The notes beneath the pieces are model-generated. The model worked only from the letters and a program-made list of their open reading frames with translations, made no database searches and was not told the DNA's origin. Of a stretch of 64,000 bases of DNA, positions 12,943-26,412 are shown one piece after another. This stretch comes from Felis catus (lineage: Eukaryota), in the NCBI RefSeq assembly GCF_018350175.1, contig NC_058368.1, positions 8,556,001-8,620,000 of the forward strand, read 5' to 3'. The number at the start of each line of letters is the position of its first letter. Position 1 is the stretch's first letter. The translations under genes and the position numbers were made by a program.

Positions 12943-15724
12943 TCAAATATTTTTTATTTCTTCTCTAAGCATTCTATTCTAGGTATTTTAAATATAATTC
13001 CCTTCTTTCCCCATCAGGTTTGATTCTACCTCTTAATTATATGCAACCTATTTTTAATAACTTGGCATGTCGTTTTCTGATATCTCATCATCTGTGTCAT
13101 TTTTTTAGTCTGACTTTTATTTGTTTATGGGTAACATTTCCTTCTTATTATTATTTCTAGTAATTTGATTCTGGACATTTGGATCTTACCTTGTTCGATG
13201 TTGCATTTTGTTCCATTTTCTTAAAGAGTATTGAAATTTTTTCTGGCAGGCAATTTGGTTACTTATTGATTAGTGTGATCCATTAAGGCTTGCTTTAGGT
13301 TCCTCTGAGTAGCTATAAAGTCATCTTTATTCTAGAGCTAATTTCTGGGGTCTCTTTTGAGTACTCATGTGTTCAATAGGGTCTCTCCACTCTGCCTGTA
13401 GGGCAGTGGAACAATTTCCAGCTTGTGTAAATTCTGGGAACTGTTTTTCTCATACGTCCCTAGTAATTGCTCTTTGCTCAAAAGCTGTTCTCACTCAGTC
13501 TCGCTTTACGCGTGCACAAGTTGGTATTTATCCAAACACTCAAGGGGAGGCTCTAATGCAGATTTTGGAACATTTTGTTTGCGTATCTCACTCCTCCTTG
13601 CCCCACATATTCTTACTGCCTCGCAGTTTCCGAACTTTGACCTCTGTGTCTTCAGGTCACTGTCGTGGACAGACTCTCTTTGAGTTTCTCCCCCTCTAGG
13701 CAGCGAGGTCAGCAATGATAAGGCTCACCTCACTTGTTTTCCTTTTCTAAGGGATCATAGTCCTGTGCTATCTCTTGTACAATTCCTGAAAACGTTCGTT
13801 TCATATATTTTGTTTTATTTTCTAGTTTTTTTATGGTGATTTCCATATCAATTAAAATTTCACGGGTGGATTTTTTTAATGTATTCACCAAAGATTGTTA
13901 GCATCAGATGGTATGTGTTGCATCTAATAAAAACTTTCTTTTCTTTTTGTGTTTACTTTTTTTTTAGTTCCAGGGTATTTATGTAGTGGTTCTTTTTGGG
14001 TTTTTAGGTTGGTATTTTAAGAGTAGTCTAAAAATGTGTCTATATGCAGTTGTATTTTGTGTTTACTTGCAGTCATATATTCAGCAGGTCAGGTTTCCCT
14101 GTCACTCTTACTTTGGTTCTTCTCGTGTCTTTATTTGACGTGGTCACTCAAGGCGCTGAGCACGATCACGCTGGCAAATGAGAATTGGAGATAGGAAGAG
14201 CCCTAATGCTGCACCCTGTAAATTTAGTATTTGTGCTTGTCCAACCTCAAGTGATTTCCTTTATTCTGAATGCTAAGACCTGGTTTGATACAGGAATTGC
14301 ATTTATTAAATATACATTTATTCAGTTCTCAGGTAGGAAAACTCTTAGATCTTTAATGGACCAGTAAGCTGTTACTTAGACTTCGGGAAGAGTTCCTGAT
14401 GTTTCCACTCCTGCATTGGCTCTGTGGGTACCATCAGGTGCCCCATGGCTTTAAAACGGCCTGACAATTGGACACACAATAAATACATACTACTCCATAG
14501 TACAGATTCTTTCAGGTTTTCAATATCATAAGTTAACGGTACTGCCTAAGACTCTTGAGTCTTACAGATCTTGATGTGACTCTGTCTGCTGAAGGATAAA
14601 TGAACCTAAGCACTTCCTCATCATTTCTGTGTTTTCGGATAGGGTACTTTCTCACTTCACGGTCACGCATGAGACTATCAAGTTTTATTGTCATCGGGCC
14701 TGGGAATGAAACTCAGGGTACTGTTTAAGTGCTCAAAGTACAGCAGGACGGTTACCTCCCTTCAGGTGGGCATACATCTGTCTTAGGAAAACCTAAGATC
14801 ATATATAAAAACAATTTGTTATTAGATCCCTCACTTCTAAGGAATAAAAAAGGCAGTACTTTTCTACACTGCCTTTTTGGTAGATCTCCATATATTTTAT
14901 GTTCTTTCTTCAGAAAAAACATCTCTCGTGGCCGAAAACATTATGTAAAAAATGATAACCTGTACAGTATACAGCAGGTCAGGATATAATTTGTGCTCAT
15001 GGAAATAAATATACCCAGTGTTGCTGGGGGCCTGACATTTTTGTGTCAGCCAAGGCGACCTGAAAGAACTATAATATTTTTTGATAGGAATAGTTAAAGT
15101 GTCAGAGTAGAAGTTTTTAAAAGACTAGATGAGACTACTTTATTCTATAAATAACCAGAAGAGGTCAGTCAGATAAGAGGAGTTGGGACAAGTTTTCTCA
15201 GCTTATATACAGTTTTGTTATGAATTCTCCTCATTAAAATAAATTTTATTTTGGAGTTCAACCTACCGTATAAGTTTTCCTCTTTAATTTTTTTAAAGGC
15301 AGGATGAATTCTACCAAATTCTAAAATGCAGATAATGAAGCTAATGTAACATATCTTAATGACTGAGTGAACTTGGTCAGAACAGTTTAAAACACAAGCA
15401 CAGTTAATATTGTTGAAAAGTCTGAATGGTCATAGAATGCCAGGTACTTAGCCAAATTCAGTCATATTCTCAGTATTTTTAAGGTAAGAGTTCTAAGGTG
15501 ATGGCATTATTTTCCTGTATGGTTTTTGCCTTTTTGTTGCCAAAGCATATTCTGAATCTTCTTGTGTTAGAAGGCAAGTTTAATTTAGTGTCTGTGAAGG
15601 ATTATTAGCGTGACGTCCTTAGGACACCCTGGAGAGCAGCAGAGCCCTCCATGTCTCTTCTCATTCTAGCAGATGTCAGTAATGGAAAGAACTCAGCAAA
15701 CGTGTTCCAGCACTGATAGAAGTA

Positions 15725-15950
15725 GAACATGGTTAGTCAATATTTTAAACTTTGTAAGCCATACCGTCTCTGTTAGAACCACTGAATTCTGCCAGTGTAG
15801 TGCAAAAGCAGCCACAGACAATATGTCATTTACATACATACATGCTCATTCATTTATGAGCATGGCTGTGTTTCAATGAAACTCTTTGCGAAAACAAATG
15901 ACTAGCCTTTGGTGGTGGTGATGGTGGTGATGGTAGTTTGCTGAGCAATG
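15725..15950. mobile_element. MER58-like DNA transposon (opposite orientation to the other two)
   Basis: tagtcaatattttaaactttgtaagccatacc...tgtagtgcaaaagcagccacagacaatatg...catggctgtgtttcaatgaaact. Confidence 0.75.
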
Positions 15951-16009
15951 GACAGCTGTTTTAGAGCATTGCCAGTCTTTGAGATGACCAGATTCATTCC
16001 TATATTCAC

Positions 16010-17310
16010 TATATTATTCATTCAACTATTCACCTATTCAAAAATTTTCTGAGGACCTCTTATGGATTGGGCTGCTGGTCTGTGTGTATTTGGGATGTGC
16101 AGATTAGATGTATAGCCCAGGACTTCGTGAGGATACAGAGGGATGAATTTGTAATTCTAGTAGGAGGTGGGGAATGCTTGATGGGGACATGTATAGAATG
16201 CATATAAGGATGGGTACCCAACTCTTCATGCAGATAGGGGCTCTGAAAAGATTTTCTAAATGAGGTGAGTTGAGCTGAATTTTGAAGGATAAATCAGAGT
16301 TTGCCAGGCTGAGAAGGGGTAAAGGTAGAATGAATACCCATTCTAGGTCATCAGTTGGGGTGACTCAGATCCTTTATAGGGACCAGTTGCTTAGTATGGA
16401 GCACCAGGTGATGGCTTGTAGAATCAGGAGTGGTGGTGGGCAGTTAGGTGACACATGCAGTATTTCAGGTTCTTAGGGGGGCATTTAGGTTGAAAATTAC
16501 AAAAGGCATAAATTGGGGCGGGAGAGAAGTCTGAGCCAAAGATAAATGTGGGAGTTGAAGCCATGAGAATGGATAAGCAGGTTCAGGGAAAGAGAGAGGG
16601 AGGGCGGAGTGAGGAAAAAGTCAAAAAGAGAACCTTCTACCCAATTTAAAGAGTAACTGACGAAAGAAGCCTACAAGAGACAGAACACTGTGGGAAATGT
16701 GGAGGGGAGCACCCGGAAAATGTAGTGTTTGAGTCTGAGGAAGAGGGAGTTTCCAAAAGAGAAAGTGATCAAAACTGTCTCATGGAAGACAGGATAAGTA
16801 AAAATGCAAAGAGGTTGTTGGGATTGGAAATTAGGAAGCAGTTGGTGACCTAGTTTTGAATGAGCAATTTTAGTAAAATCTGGGGGTGGAAGTCACCTAT
16901 TTGTAGGCTGAGAAGTGAATGAAAACTGAGGAAATGGAAGCATTGAGAATAGACCCTGCTGTTTCTAAAAATGTGCAGGTGGAGAAAAGAGCCATAGGTG
17001 CTAGCTGGAGGGGGGGGAGCAGAGTTGGGTTTTGTTTGGTTTTTTAGAGTGTGGTGGAAGAGACTGTAACTAGTTTGAAATGTGAGGGAGTGGCCTGCAG
17101 AGAGAAGTTGGAGAGAGCTGATGGTAACTGTGAGAACAGGATCCCCCAAAAGTGGTTAAGAATGATAATCAAGGTCTCCTGCATATGGGTAAATCTTGGA
17201 ATAGAAGTAGGACATTGATTTGTCCAAGACAAAGGAGGAGAGGACTAGGTGAATGAAGAACAGAGAGGGAGAAGTGTTGATTCCTCTGTTAAGAATGAGA
17301 ACAGTTTATT
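16010..17310 (-). mobile_element. L2 LINE fragments
   Basis: attcattcaactattc at the 3' end; tgagctgaattttgaaggataaatcagagtttgccagg and other L2 motifs. Confidence 0.65.
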
Positions 17311-17326
17311 GACATCACCTAAGTGC

Positions 17327-17531
17327 ACTTTTTTTTTTTTTGGAAGGAGAAGGAGAGTGTGCACTCGAGTGAGTGGGGGAGGGGCAGAGGGAGAGGGAGG
17401 GAGAGAGTCTTAAGCAGGTTCCACCCCCAGCATGGAGCCCAACATGGGGTTGGATCTCGGGACTATGGGATCATGACCTGAGCCAAAATTGAGAATCAGA
17501 TGCTTAACCGACTGAGCCAGGCAGGTGCCCC
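17327..17531 (-). mobile_element. CanSINE (older subfamily)
   Basis: Poly-T, gagagagtcttaagcaggttcc and gactgagccaggcaggtgcccc. Confidence 0.92.
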
Positions 17532-18059
17532 ACCATTTCACTGTTGTTTTTTTTTTAATCACTGTTTTACTTAATTTCATGAGAACCATATCATCTACCA
17601 AGGAAGGTTTATGTCAGATGGGAAAACATCCCCACAGGACAAACCAGTAAGTTACTGAGATGGTACAAGAGAATGTGGTCTAAATATAGTTCTTTGGTGT
17701 CTTAGTGACACCGGCTGACCCTGGGACTTCTCTCGGAGACTGCAGAAGAGCCATGTGTCTTGAACCATTCGATTTGTTCTGGTATTTGTCTTCGTATATC
17801 TCTCAGCATTATCCATTTGTACTTACTACTGAAACGGACGCTGACAATGGCTGTGTTTTCATTGTGCATTCATTCAGCAAACAAAGCCGTCCTATCTTTG
17901 GCTTACTTTCATTGCAACTGAGCGTGCCTAATAATGCCCTGGAGACGTTTATTCAAACTTCAGGTTTCCTCCACCCAGACCCAAAAAGTCAACTTCAGTG
18001 ACTCTGGGTTGGAACATAAGCATAACAATTATTTTTTTCTAGGTATTTGGACAAACGCC

Positions 18060-18960
18060 GCATGTATATTTAGTAAACATTTATTGAGCACTTACTCTGT
18101 GTCAAGTTGTTTTTGGCACTGAGGATACAGCCCTGCACAAGACAGAAGAGATCCCACAGGCAGTTATGATACAGTGTGAATGAATGTCGTGATGACAGTG
18201 TTCTGAGCTCACAATACAGGAAGGGAATCTAAGCCTAAATTGGGGTGTGGGAAAGAGTCTCAGATGTAGTATGGTAGGAAGGATGTGGGGTGAGGGATGT
18301 GGCAATCGTGGGTGTAGAAGAAAGGATTTTTTTTTTAATTTTTTTTTCAACGTTTGTTTATTTTTTTTGGGACAGAGAGAGACAGAGCATGAACGGGGGA
18401 GGGGCAGAGAGAGAGGGAGACACAGAATCGGAAACAGGCTCCAGGCTCTGAGCCATCAGCCCAGAGCCCGACGCGGGGCTCGAACTTACGGACCGCGAGA
18501 TCGTGACCTGGCTGAAGGCGGACGCTTAACCGACTGCACCACCCAGGTGCCCCTGAAGAAAGGATATTTGAGGCAGAGAGAATGGTACATGTGCACATGG
18601 GTGTGACTGAAGGTGGAGTGTCGGGCAAGGATGAGAAAAAAGACGTTGGTGCAAACCTGGCAAGCTGTGTTAAGGAATTCTTCCTTTTATCCTAAGAGCA
18701 AATATGGTGCCATAAAGGGTATTAACCAATGGCTTGATAGGATTCTGTTTCATTTTTAAAAATATGCGTTGGACTGAAGTTTGGAAACTGGATTTAGGGA
18801 CAGGAAGGGGTGCACTGGGGCAAGAGGGAGACTGTTTGAGGAGACTGTTGCACCAGAAACGGTAGCCCATCCCAGGTGGTGGCAGGTGGAGGGTGGAAAG
18901 AAGTAGATGGGTTTTAGGAGGTGGCTTTTGACCGACTCCCTGACTTGTGAGCCAAGTTCG
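18060..18960 (-). mobile_element. L2 fragments interrupted by a young CanSINE
   Basis: L2 3' end tttagtaaacatttattgagcacttactctgtgtcaag, with further L2 motifs after the SINE. Confidence 0.7.
18328..18553 (-). mobile_element. Young feline CanSINE
   Basis: CpG-intact feline-type body (gagccatcagcccagagcccgacgcggggctcgaac). TSD gaagaaaggat at 18317-18327 and 18555-18565. Confidence 0.95.
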
Positions 18961-19465
18961 CACCCGAATAGACTGGGAGGGGAAATAATTAAAGAATAAA
19001 AAGCAAGGGAGAGTAATGCCAGCCCTGGCTCACCTCTAGAGGCAAAAAAAAACTCCACTACGGATTCTAAAGGGACTCAGCTGAAGTATATGGCCCTTGT
19101 GATTACCTGGTTCATCTGTTTGCTTTTGAAACTGATGGTGAAAACGAGGATGCATAATCTAGATTTGACTGTTCCGCGATCTTCGACCTTTGCTCATGTG
19201 GAATCTCGAGACGTGTGTCTGATTTATCATTGTGTATGAGCTCCTAGCACAGAGCTTGTCTTCCTAGATTTTATATAGTATGGCAAGGGGCTATGCCCTT
19301 ATCTTAACCCAAAACAATATGATAACATGACTTGAAAGCACAGGTTCAGAAATTGGAGAGTATTGAGTGGCATGGGTAGGTAGAATCTCAAACTGGAGTA
19401 AGAGAAGGAATCATACAATAAGTATTTTCTGGACACCCACCGTGTCCTAGTCTTTCTAAAAAAAA

Positions 19466-19668
19466 TGTTTTAATGTTGTTTCTGAGAGAGAGAGGGAGAG
19501 CATGAGTGGGGGAGGGGCAGAGAGACAGAGGGAGACACAGAATCCGAGGCAGGCTCCAGGCTCTGAGCCGTCAGCACAGAGCCCTACGTGGGGCTCCAAC
19601 CCACAAACCATGAGATCATGACCTGAGCCGAAGTCGGATGCTCAATTGACTGAGCCACCCAGGTGCCC
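19466..19668 (-). mobile_element. CanSINE
   Basis: Reverse SINEC body ending tgagccacccaggtgccc. Confidence 0.93.
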
Positions 19669-19899
19669 TGAAGTCTATTTCAGCATGTCTTTGTCTGTTT
19701 CTCCTGGTCTCTTCCCTCTGGGACTTTGAATCCTGCAGCTCTGTTTGCCTTCTCAACTAGATGTTGTTCTTCTGGAACGCCCCTTTATTTTTTCCCCCCT
19801 GGTATGGATCTAGTGGCCCCATCCCTCTGGTTTCTTTGCTTGTTTTGCTGGAATATGCCCTCAGTCATTTCTTAAGAGAGTTAAAGAAAGGCAAAGCAG

Positions 19900-20750
19900 C
19901 AGTGTTTTTGCATTTTGAAGCCACCTTTACTTTGCATTCACTACATTAAAATTTATTTTCTCGGTTGAAAATGATTTTCTTTCAAAATATAAAGACTTCC
20001 AGTGTTCCTCAAAAGAAACCCAATGCCAGTCTGAGAAATACGTTCTTGTGGCAGACCTGATGTTTTCTCCCTTCTCTGAAAGCTTTAGAATCTTCTCTTG
20101 TCCTTGGTGTTTAAGAAATTTCCGGGTGTGTGTGTGTGGAGAGAAGGAGGGAGGGAGGAAGACAGAGACAGATGGAGAGACAGGCGCAGAGAAAGGGAGA
20201 CAAAGAGGAATGGATTGATATGTCTTGCAAAGCACTTAAACTGCCAGTTTGAAGACGTGTGTCTCCCTTCAACTTTGGGCAATCGTCTTGTTTTTGTTCA
20301 TTTCTGCTGCCCCGTTTTCTCTTTCTTCCCGGAATTTCTATTGTTTGGTTTGGGGACCTCCCAAAGTGATAACTTGAGTCGACTTTTTCTTACCTGTTTT
20401 CTCGTACCTCATGCTTTCGTTCTTCATTTTAGACAACCCTACTGGATTTATTTTCTAACCCCGCTATTGAACTGTTCTGGTATTTTTAATTTCCGAGGAT
20501 GGTTTCATGGTTTCATGATTGCTGCCTTCACAGCATATTGTTCTTTGTTTTATTGTTGTAATATCTTCCCAAATTTCTCTGAGGATGCTAATTAGATCTT
20601 TCTTAAAAGATATATTTTGTTGCTTGAGTTCTCCCTGTATCCTTAGGGCCAGTTTTTTTTTTTTCCTTGGTTTGCTCATTTTTCTTGTTTTACGCTGGAA
20701 GCTTTCCTCAAATTCATTGTGATCATTCACTCGCCGAGTCAGATGAACTT
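19900..20750 (-). mobile_element. Decayed L1-type ORF1 remnant (HAL1/L1ME-like)
   Basis: Minus-strand peptides LISILREIWEDITTIKQ, NTKDK and EKILKLSEKG resemble L1 ORF1 coiled-coil and C-terminal motifs, with frameshifts. Confidence 0.6.
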
Positions 20751-22421
20751 GAAGTTCATTTGCTCAAACTCCTTGGAAGTCTTTTCGCCCTTCCTCTGGG
20801 GCTTGGCAGGGGTGGGGAGGTGGGGGGTAGATACCTGGGTTCTGGACACCGCGTGCCCCCGTGAGGCAGCTCATTCTCGGTCCGCTGTACTCCCGTGGTG
20901 CCGGGATCTGCATCTGTGTGCCCCTGGCAGCCCGGGCCAAGAGGCCAGCAGGCTGCTTCCTCCACTGCGGCACTGCCTTTCCGTCTGCTGCAGGCTGCAA
21001 CCCTCCTCGTCTGCCCGTCAGCCAGGGACTTCCATCTTTCTGTGCCTGTGTTCCAGAATTGTTGACCTATCTGGCTCAGTAAGTACCTGTCTCTGTTCTC
21101 TCCGTCATTCTAGGCTGCAGTATGCGAAGTGCTTAGGAGAAGGAATTCAGTAAACGTCGGCTACTCTGATTGACTGTACCTCTTAACATTGAATTACTCC
21201 TATTTTAAGGCATCTCTGATTAACAGGGGGAAACATACCCCCGTGCTGCCTGCCATCTCGAGCTGGCGGTCTCCTTAAACCTAGTCAGTGCTGGGGACCT
21301 GCGCTTCTCAGGGTGCTGTCCAGCACTGCAGAAACAATCCGCTTCATCAGCCTTGTAAAAGCATTAGGACAACTGTATTTTTAAAGGCACTCCGTGGAAG
21401 ACGTGTTACATCATCACAGTATAATTTTCTGAGTTTTTTCCTTAGCACATAGAGAAAGTGCTTTCCTTTTTCCTCTTCTGAAACGCTGAAGCCTTTCATC
21501 AGGACACAGATGATTCAACTGCACTTGCTCATAAAAACGTTGTGCCTTTTAATTAGCTTTGAGCCTCTGCCGACTTCCCTGAGAATCACTAATGGGAACA
21601 GGATCCAAGGACATTACCAATTGTCCACGTTTATAACCCAGCATTTGGGTAACTTCAGATGTGGAATCACTTAAAAACAATGAATTCTTCTAACTCTGTG
21701 AAGTGTGCTAGTACAAGGTCACCTGTATTTGACCTATCTTTTTAAGCAGCTTCTATTTATAAGCGGATCTGTCCAGAAACAAAAGTATGACATTGGAAGT
21801 ATTCATATTACTTGTCCCTTGTGCTTATTTGCTTCCTGTTTCTAGCACTCTTTATGCCTGTTCCTGACCCTACCACCCCTTTCTAAGTCCCTTCTCTTAC
21901 GTGGAGGCTCTGATTCATTTATCCGCTCGCCAAACGTGTGTACGTAGGTTAACTCTCCCTGGTGGTTTTTTCATTCCAGTACAGTAGAAAGTATATCGCT
22001 GGATAATTGTGTAAAGGCAGTCACTTTAGTCACAGAAGAAGATCCAGACAGAAATGCAAATGCAGATACTCAGATCCTGGGGATCCTAACAATCCAAAAA
22101 TGCTCAATCTCAGTTTTTAGATTATCATAAGAAATTAAATCTTGAGATTTGGACCTCAGTTAAAGACACACTGCATAACTAGGAGAGACCGTTTGGTTTT
22201 GCAGATGATATATTGCTCATTTAGCACAGCGTTCTGTTTTTGCCTTCGACCAGTCTCTTCATAATTCCCAAAACATGAACAAAACCAGACCAAGCAACTT
22301 GGACTAGTTTCGCTTTCTGCTCTGGGTAAGAAACAATGCCAGTAAATCACCACTATCACTTCAATTTTTCATCTCACCGTTCCTAGATTATGGACACGTC
22401 TGTAATGAGGTTAGCAAAAGC

Positions 22422-22422
<1 letters not shown>

Positions 22423-22474
<52 letters not shown>
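22423..22474. repeat. (TG)n microsatellite
   Basis: About 25 perfect TG units. Confidence 0.97.
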
Positions 22475-22476
<2 letters not shown>

Positions 22477-23834
22477 TTTACCCTTTACCTCTGGCCGGAC
22501 AGAGTTTCTGTGTAATGTCTGGGATCTGAGCCTCTCCCCTGCCCCCGCCGCGTGCACACCCTTGCCTCTTCAGGCATCATGTACCTACCTGCTCTTCCTT
22601 ACGTGCCTTTCTGGGCTTTGCTTTGCTGAGCACAGAGAGTCACCCCACAGGCTGCCCAACCACTCGGCAAGAAAGCCTTCCAGGGGACCCTCCTGGCCAA
22701 AGCTTGCTAATACTCTTTTTGAAGTGAGAAGGATTTTCCTAAAGTCCCCACACGTTGTTGTATTTTCAGGTGCACATGATCTCAGTGGGGCCTGGCTTCA
22801 CTACAGTGGCTCCCTTTGAGATTTTGCAGGTATGCGTGCCTCTTTTTGTTCCCGTAGCAGAGGATTACTTTCTCCTTGTCCTCCCCACTGTCCCCCCCCC
22901 CCACTAATCAATCAGTAAGACCTGATTGGGTTTTAACTTGAATCCATCCACTCCGCTCCCTTCCCGCCCTCAGAACATCACAATCTGTCCCCTTAGTTAC
23001 ACCTCCCAGCTGAATTCCCTACCCCCAGTTTTGCCCTTCTCGACCCCACCCTCCACACAGCAAATCAAACCCATTCTTCTTCCTTTACAGTTCTTTCCTG
23101 GCTCTCCCTTGCTGTCAGGGGAAAGACCAAGCGCCTTGGTATCAGTCAGGTTCCTCCAACCTCCCTCTCCATGAGCAGAACTGGTTCTGCCCGCCTTGCT
23201 CAAGCAGCTTCCTCCCTGAGACACCCTCTTCCCTTCTCTTGCACCTGACTCAGCTCTCTCCTGTTTACCCTTTGTGAGCCGGCTCAAGCTTCCCTCGAAC
23301 GGCAGCCCGTTCCCAGGGAGCCCAGGCTGGGCTCGTTCCCTTTGTGCCCGCCCCCCAGCTCTGGGCTGTTGCGTCTGTTGTACGACTGTGCATATTTCAT
23401 TGGGATTTTCTGCACGTGAGTGTCAGGCCGGTGTTAGTGGGGTTAGCGGGGCCCAGGCCTCATGTATTTTTATTTTGCGAGAGCTAGCGTGACACCCGGT
23501 GTATGTTCTGTGGGTGTTTCCTGAGCTCAGCTGACCTGGGTGCCCTTGTGCTCTTTTCTTTGTCTTCCTTCTCCTGCTTCCCCCGTTTTACCCTCCTCGA
23601 GGCGGTTTTCCTTCCCTGGCCCTCCGTGCTGGTCTCAGGTGGCTCTGTGGCTCGCTGAGACAGGTGCCTCTGCTTTAGTCATCTCTCTTTCGGGTTGAGC
23701 AAGGTCTGATCGAGTCATCCGTCTTCTGCCTAATTTTCTGCATCTTCCGTCCTGCCTCTTTATTTTCCTTTCCAGAAGCTAGTTAACTAGCTGGCCAGCC
23801 CTTGTGCTCTCTGGCTCTCTTAATAACAGCTTAA

Positions 23835-25660
23835 GTAACAGCTTTATTGCAACAGCATTCACATACCATACAATGCGCTCATTTAAATTGTAAATCCGGT
23901 GGTTCTACGTCTGTTCACAGAGTTGTGCAACCATCACCACCATCAATTTTAGAACATTTTCGTGACTCTAAAAAGAAAGAAACCCTATACTCATTATCAG
24001 GCACTCCTCATTTTCCCTAAGCCCCAGCCCCTGGCAACCAGTCATCTACTCTCTGCCTCTATGGATCTGTTTGTTGTGGGCATTCCATATACTGGAGTCT
24101 TATAAGATGTGGCCCTTTGTGTCTGGCTTCTTTCATTTGCCCTAATGTTTGACCTCAGTCCTGTATTGGTCTGCTTGAGCTGTCATAATAGAAAATCACA
24201 GCCTGGGTGGTTTAAACAGCAGAAACGTGTTTTCTCAGAGTTTTGGAGGCTGGAAGCCCAAGACCAAGGTGCCAGCAGGATTAGCTGCTGGCCAGGGCTT
24301 TCCTCTTGGTTTGCAGATGGCCACCTTCTCACTGTGTCCTCACATGGTCTTTTCTCTGTGTGTATGTACAGAGAGAGATCGCTAGTGTCTCTTCCTCTTT
24401 GTTTAAGGACACCAGTCCTACTGGATTAGGGCCCCATCCCTCTGACCTCATTTAACCTTAATGACCTCCTTAAAGGTCTGTCTCCACATATACTCACGTG
24501 GAGGGTTAGGGCTTCAACGTACACAGGGTGGAGGAACACAGTTCCGTTCCTAACAATTCCTTTTTATTGCTGAAGAATACTTCATTGAATGGATGTATCA
24601 CAACTGATTTGTAAATTCATCAGGGGCGCAGATATTTGGCTTCTTTTGGCCACTTTTGGTTGTTATTCATAATGCCACCGTAAGCATGTGCGTACAGGTT
24701 TTTGTGTTAATATTTGTCTTTACTTTTGGATGTGTCCCTACGAGTGGGATTGCTGAGATATTTGTAGGTAACTCCGTATTTAAATTTGGGGGAACGGCCA
24801 GACTGTTTTCCAAAGCCATCGTACCATTTTATAGTCCCGCCGTCAGGGCTTGATTCTGATTTCTCTGTAGCCTCCCCTACACTCGGTATTATCAGCTCTT
24901 TAAATTCTAACTCTCCTCTTGATGTGAAGTAGTGTCTCATTACAGTTTTGATTTACATTCTTCAATGACTGGAGATGTTGAGCATGTGATTATGTGTTTG
25001 TTGGAAAATTTACATGCATATAAGCTATTTGTGTATCTTCTTTGGAGAATTGTCTACTTGGATTCTTTGCCCATTTTGTTAAGTTTCTTTATTTATTTTG
25101 AGAGAGAGAGGGCACATGAGCAAGGGAGGGGCAGAGAGAGAGGAGGAGAGAGAGAATCCCAAGCAGGCTCCACCCCCACCGTTAGCGCAAGGCCCAGTGC
25201 TGAGCTTGATTTCACCAACTGTGAGATCATGACCTGAGCCCAAACCAAGAGTCAGACGCTCAACCGATTGAGCCACCCAGCTTCCCCCTTTGCCTGTTTT
25301 TAAATTGGATTGAGTTTCCAGAGTTCTTTGAACATCTTCAATACAAGTCCCTTATCATGTATATGCTTTGCAATATGTTTTTTTTCCCCCCATTCGGTGG
25401 TTTTGACTTTCTTGATTGACTTATTTGAAATAAAAAAGTGTTCAATCTTGATAACGTCCCGTTTCTCTGTTTTGCCTTTTGTTGTAAGTCTTTGTCTAAC
25501 TCAAGTTCATGAAGACTCCTGTCTGTGTTTTCTTCTAAGAGTTTTATCGTTTTATCTCTTAAATGTAGATCGGTCATCCATTGCAAGTTCAGTTTTGCAT
25601 GCGGCGGGAGGTGAGGGTCCAGCTACACCCCTTTGCGTGTGGCTAGCAAGTTTTCCCAGC
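23835..25660 (-). mobile_element. L1MB-like 3' region interrupted by an MLT1 LTR and a CanSINE (25077-25288, -)
   Basis: Terminus aacagctttattg...attcacataccataca and ccccagcccctggcaacca. SINE TSD tttgcccatttt / tttgcctgtttt. Confidence 0.85.
24162..24555. mobile_element. MaLR solo LTR (MLT1A/B-like)
   Basis: TG...CA termini, motifs ttttggaggctggaagcccaagaccaaggtgccagcagg and cctcatttaaccttaatgacctccttaaagg, and a 5-bp TSD agtcc/attcc. Confidence 0.88.
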
Positions 25661-25894
25661 ACTGGAGCTTTTCTTTTCAGTGTTGATGATTTGGCTTCGC
25701 TAAGATGATGGAATCATCTCCGGATTAGAGAATTTACCCTACCTTCTGGCTGGCAGTTCATTCCATGTCACTCCTATTGGTCCGTCTCCCTCATTTTCAT
25801 CCTTCTTCACACTCCGGAACTCCACTTATATCCAGATTCACAGCTGTTCTATAAATGTTGAAGTTGCTAGTTAAGCCTGGGTGCCATAAATCCC

Positions 25895-25990
25895 GCGTGA
25901 TCAGCCATCCTGGTGTTCCTGGTGGTGCTCAGGGGTTTCCCAAGATGTGGGACTTCTACAGCTGAAACCGGGACAGTCCCCGTGTAAAGC
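25895..25990. mobile_element. MER81-like hAT-Blackjack fragment
   Basis: aggggtttcccaagatgtgggacttctacagctgaaaccgggacagtccc. Confidence 0.55.
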
Positions 25991-26054
25991 CGAGGCATCA
26001 TTGAGCTGGTGGAGAGAATGCCCCACTGAATTGAGCCTTGTCCTCAAATTCCAG

Positions 26055-26412
26055 AGGGTCGGATGTTAGCTAATCTGGAGTCATCTGAAAACTGGAGGCT
26101 AGAGGACCCATTTCCCAGGTGTCTGACTCACACACACCTGCAAAGTTGGTGCCAGCTACTGGCAGGAGGCCTCAGTTTCCTCTCTGTGGGTCTTCACACA
26201 AGGCTGCTTGAATGTTGTGACATGGTGCTCGGCTTCCCCCAAAGAGATCAAGAGACCAGGGAGGAAGCTGTAATGTCTTTTACAGTATAGCCCGAGGAGT
26301 TTCACACCCTCAGTGTTCTACTTGTCACACAAGGCAGTAGGAGGGGATTCACTGTGGAGGGTATGGATAGGAGGAGGTGAAGATCATTGCAGGGGAGGGC
26401 ATCTTGGAAGCT
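26055..26412. mobile_element. Old MaLR LTR fragment (MLT1H/I/J-like)
   Basis: ggaggcctcagtttcctctctgtgggtcttcacacaaggctgcttgaatg...catggtgctcggcttcccc...catcttggaagct. Confidence 0.7.

Larger units (their letters stand above)
10300..13900 (-). mobile_element. Highly decayed old L1 (L1M-type) fragments
   Basis: T-rich sequence with recognisable L1 motifs (ctctagctttcttttgattagtattt; tctgcaatgtctaatctgctt). Confidence 0.65.
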
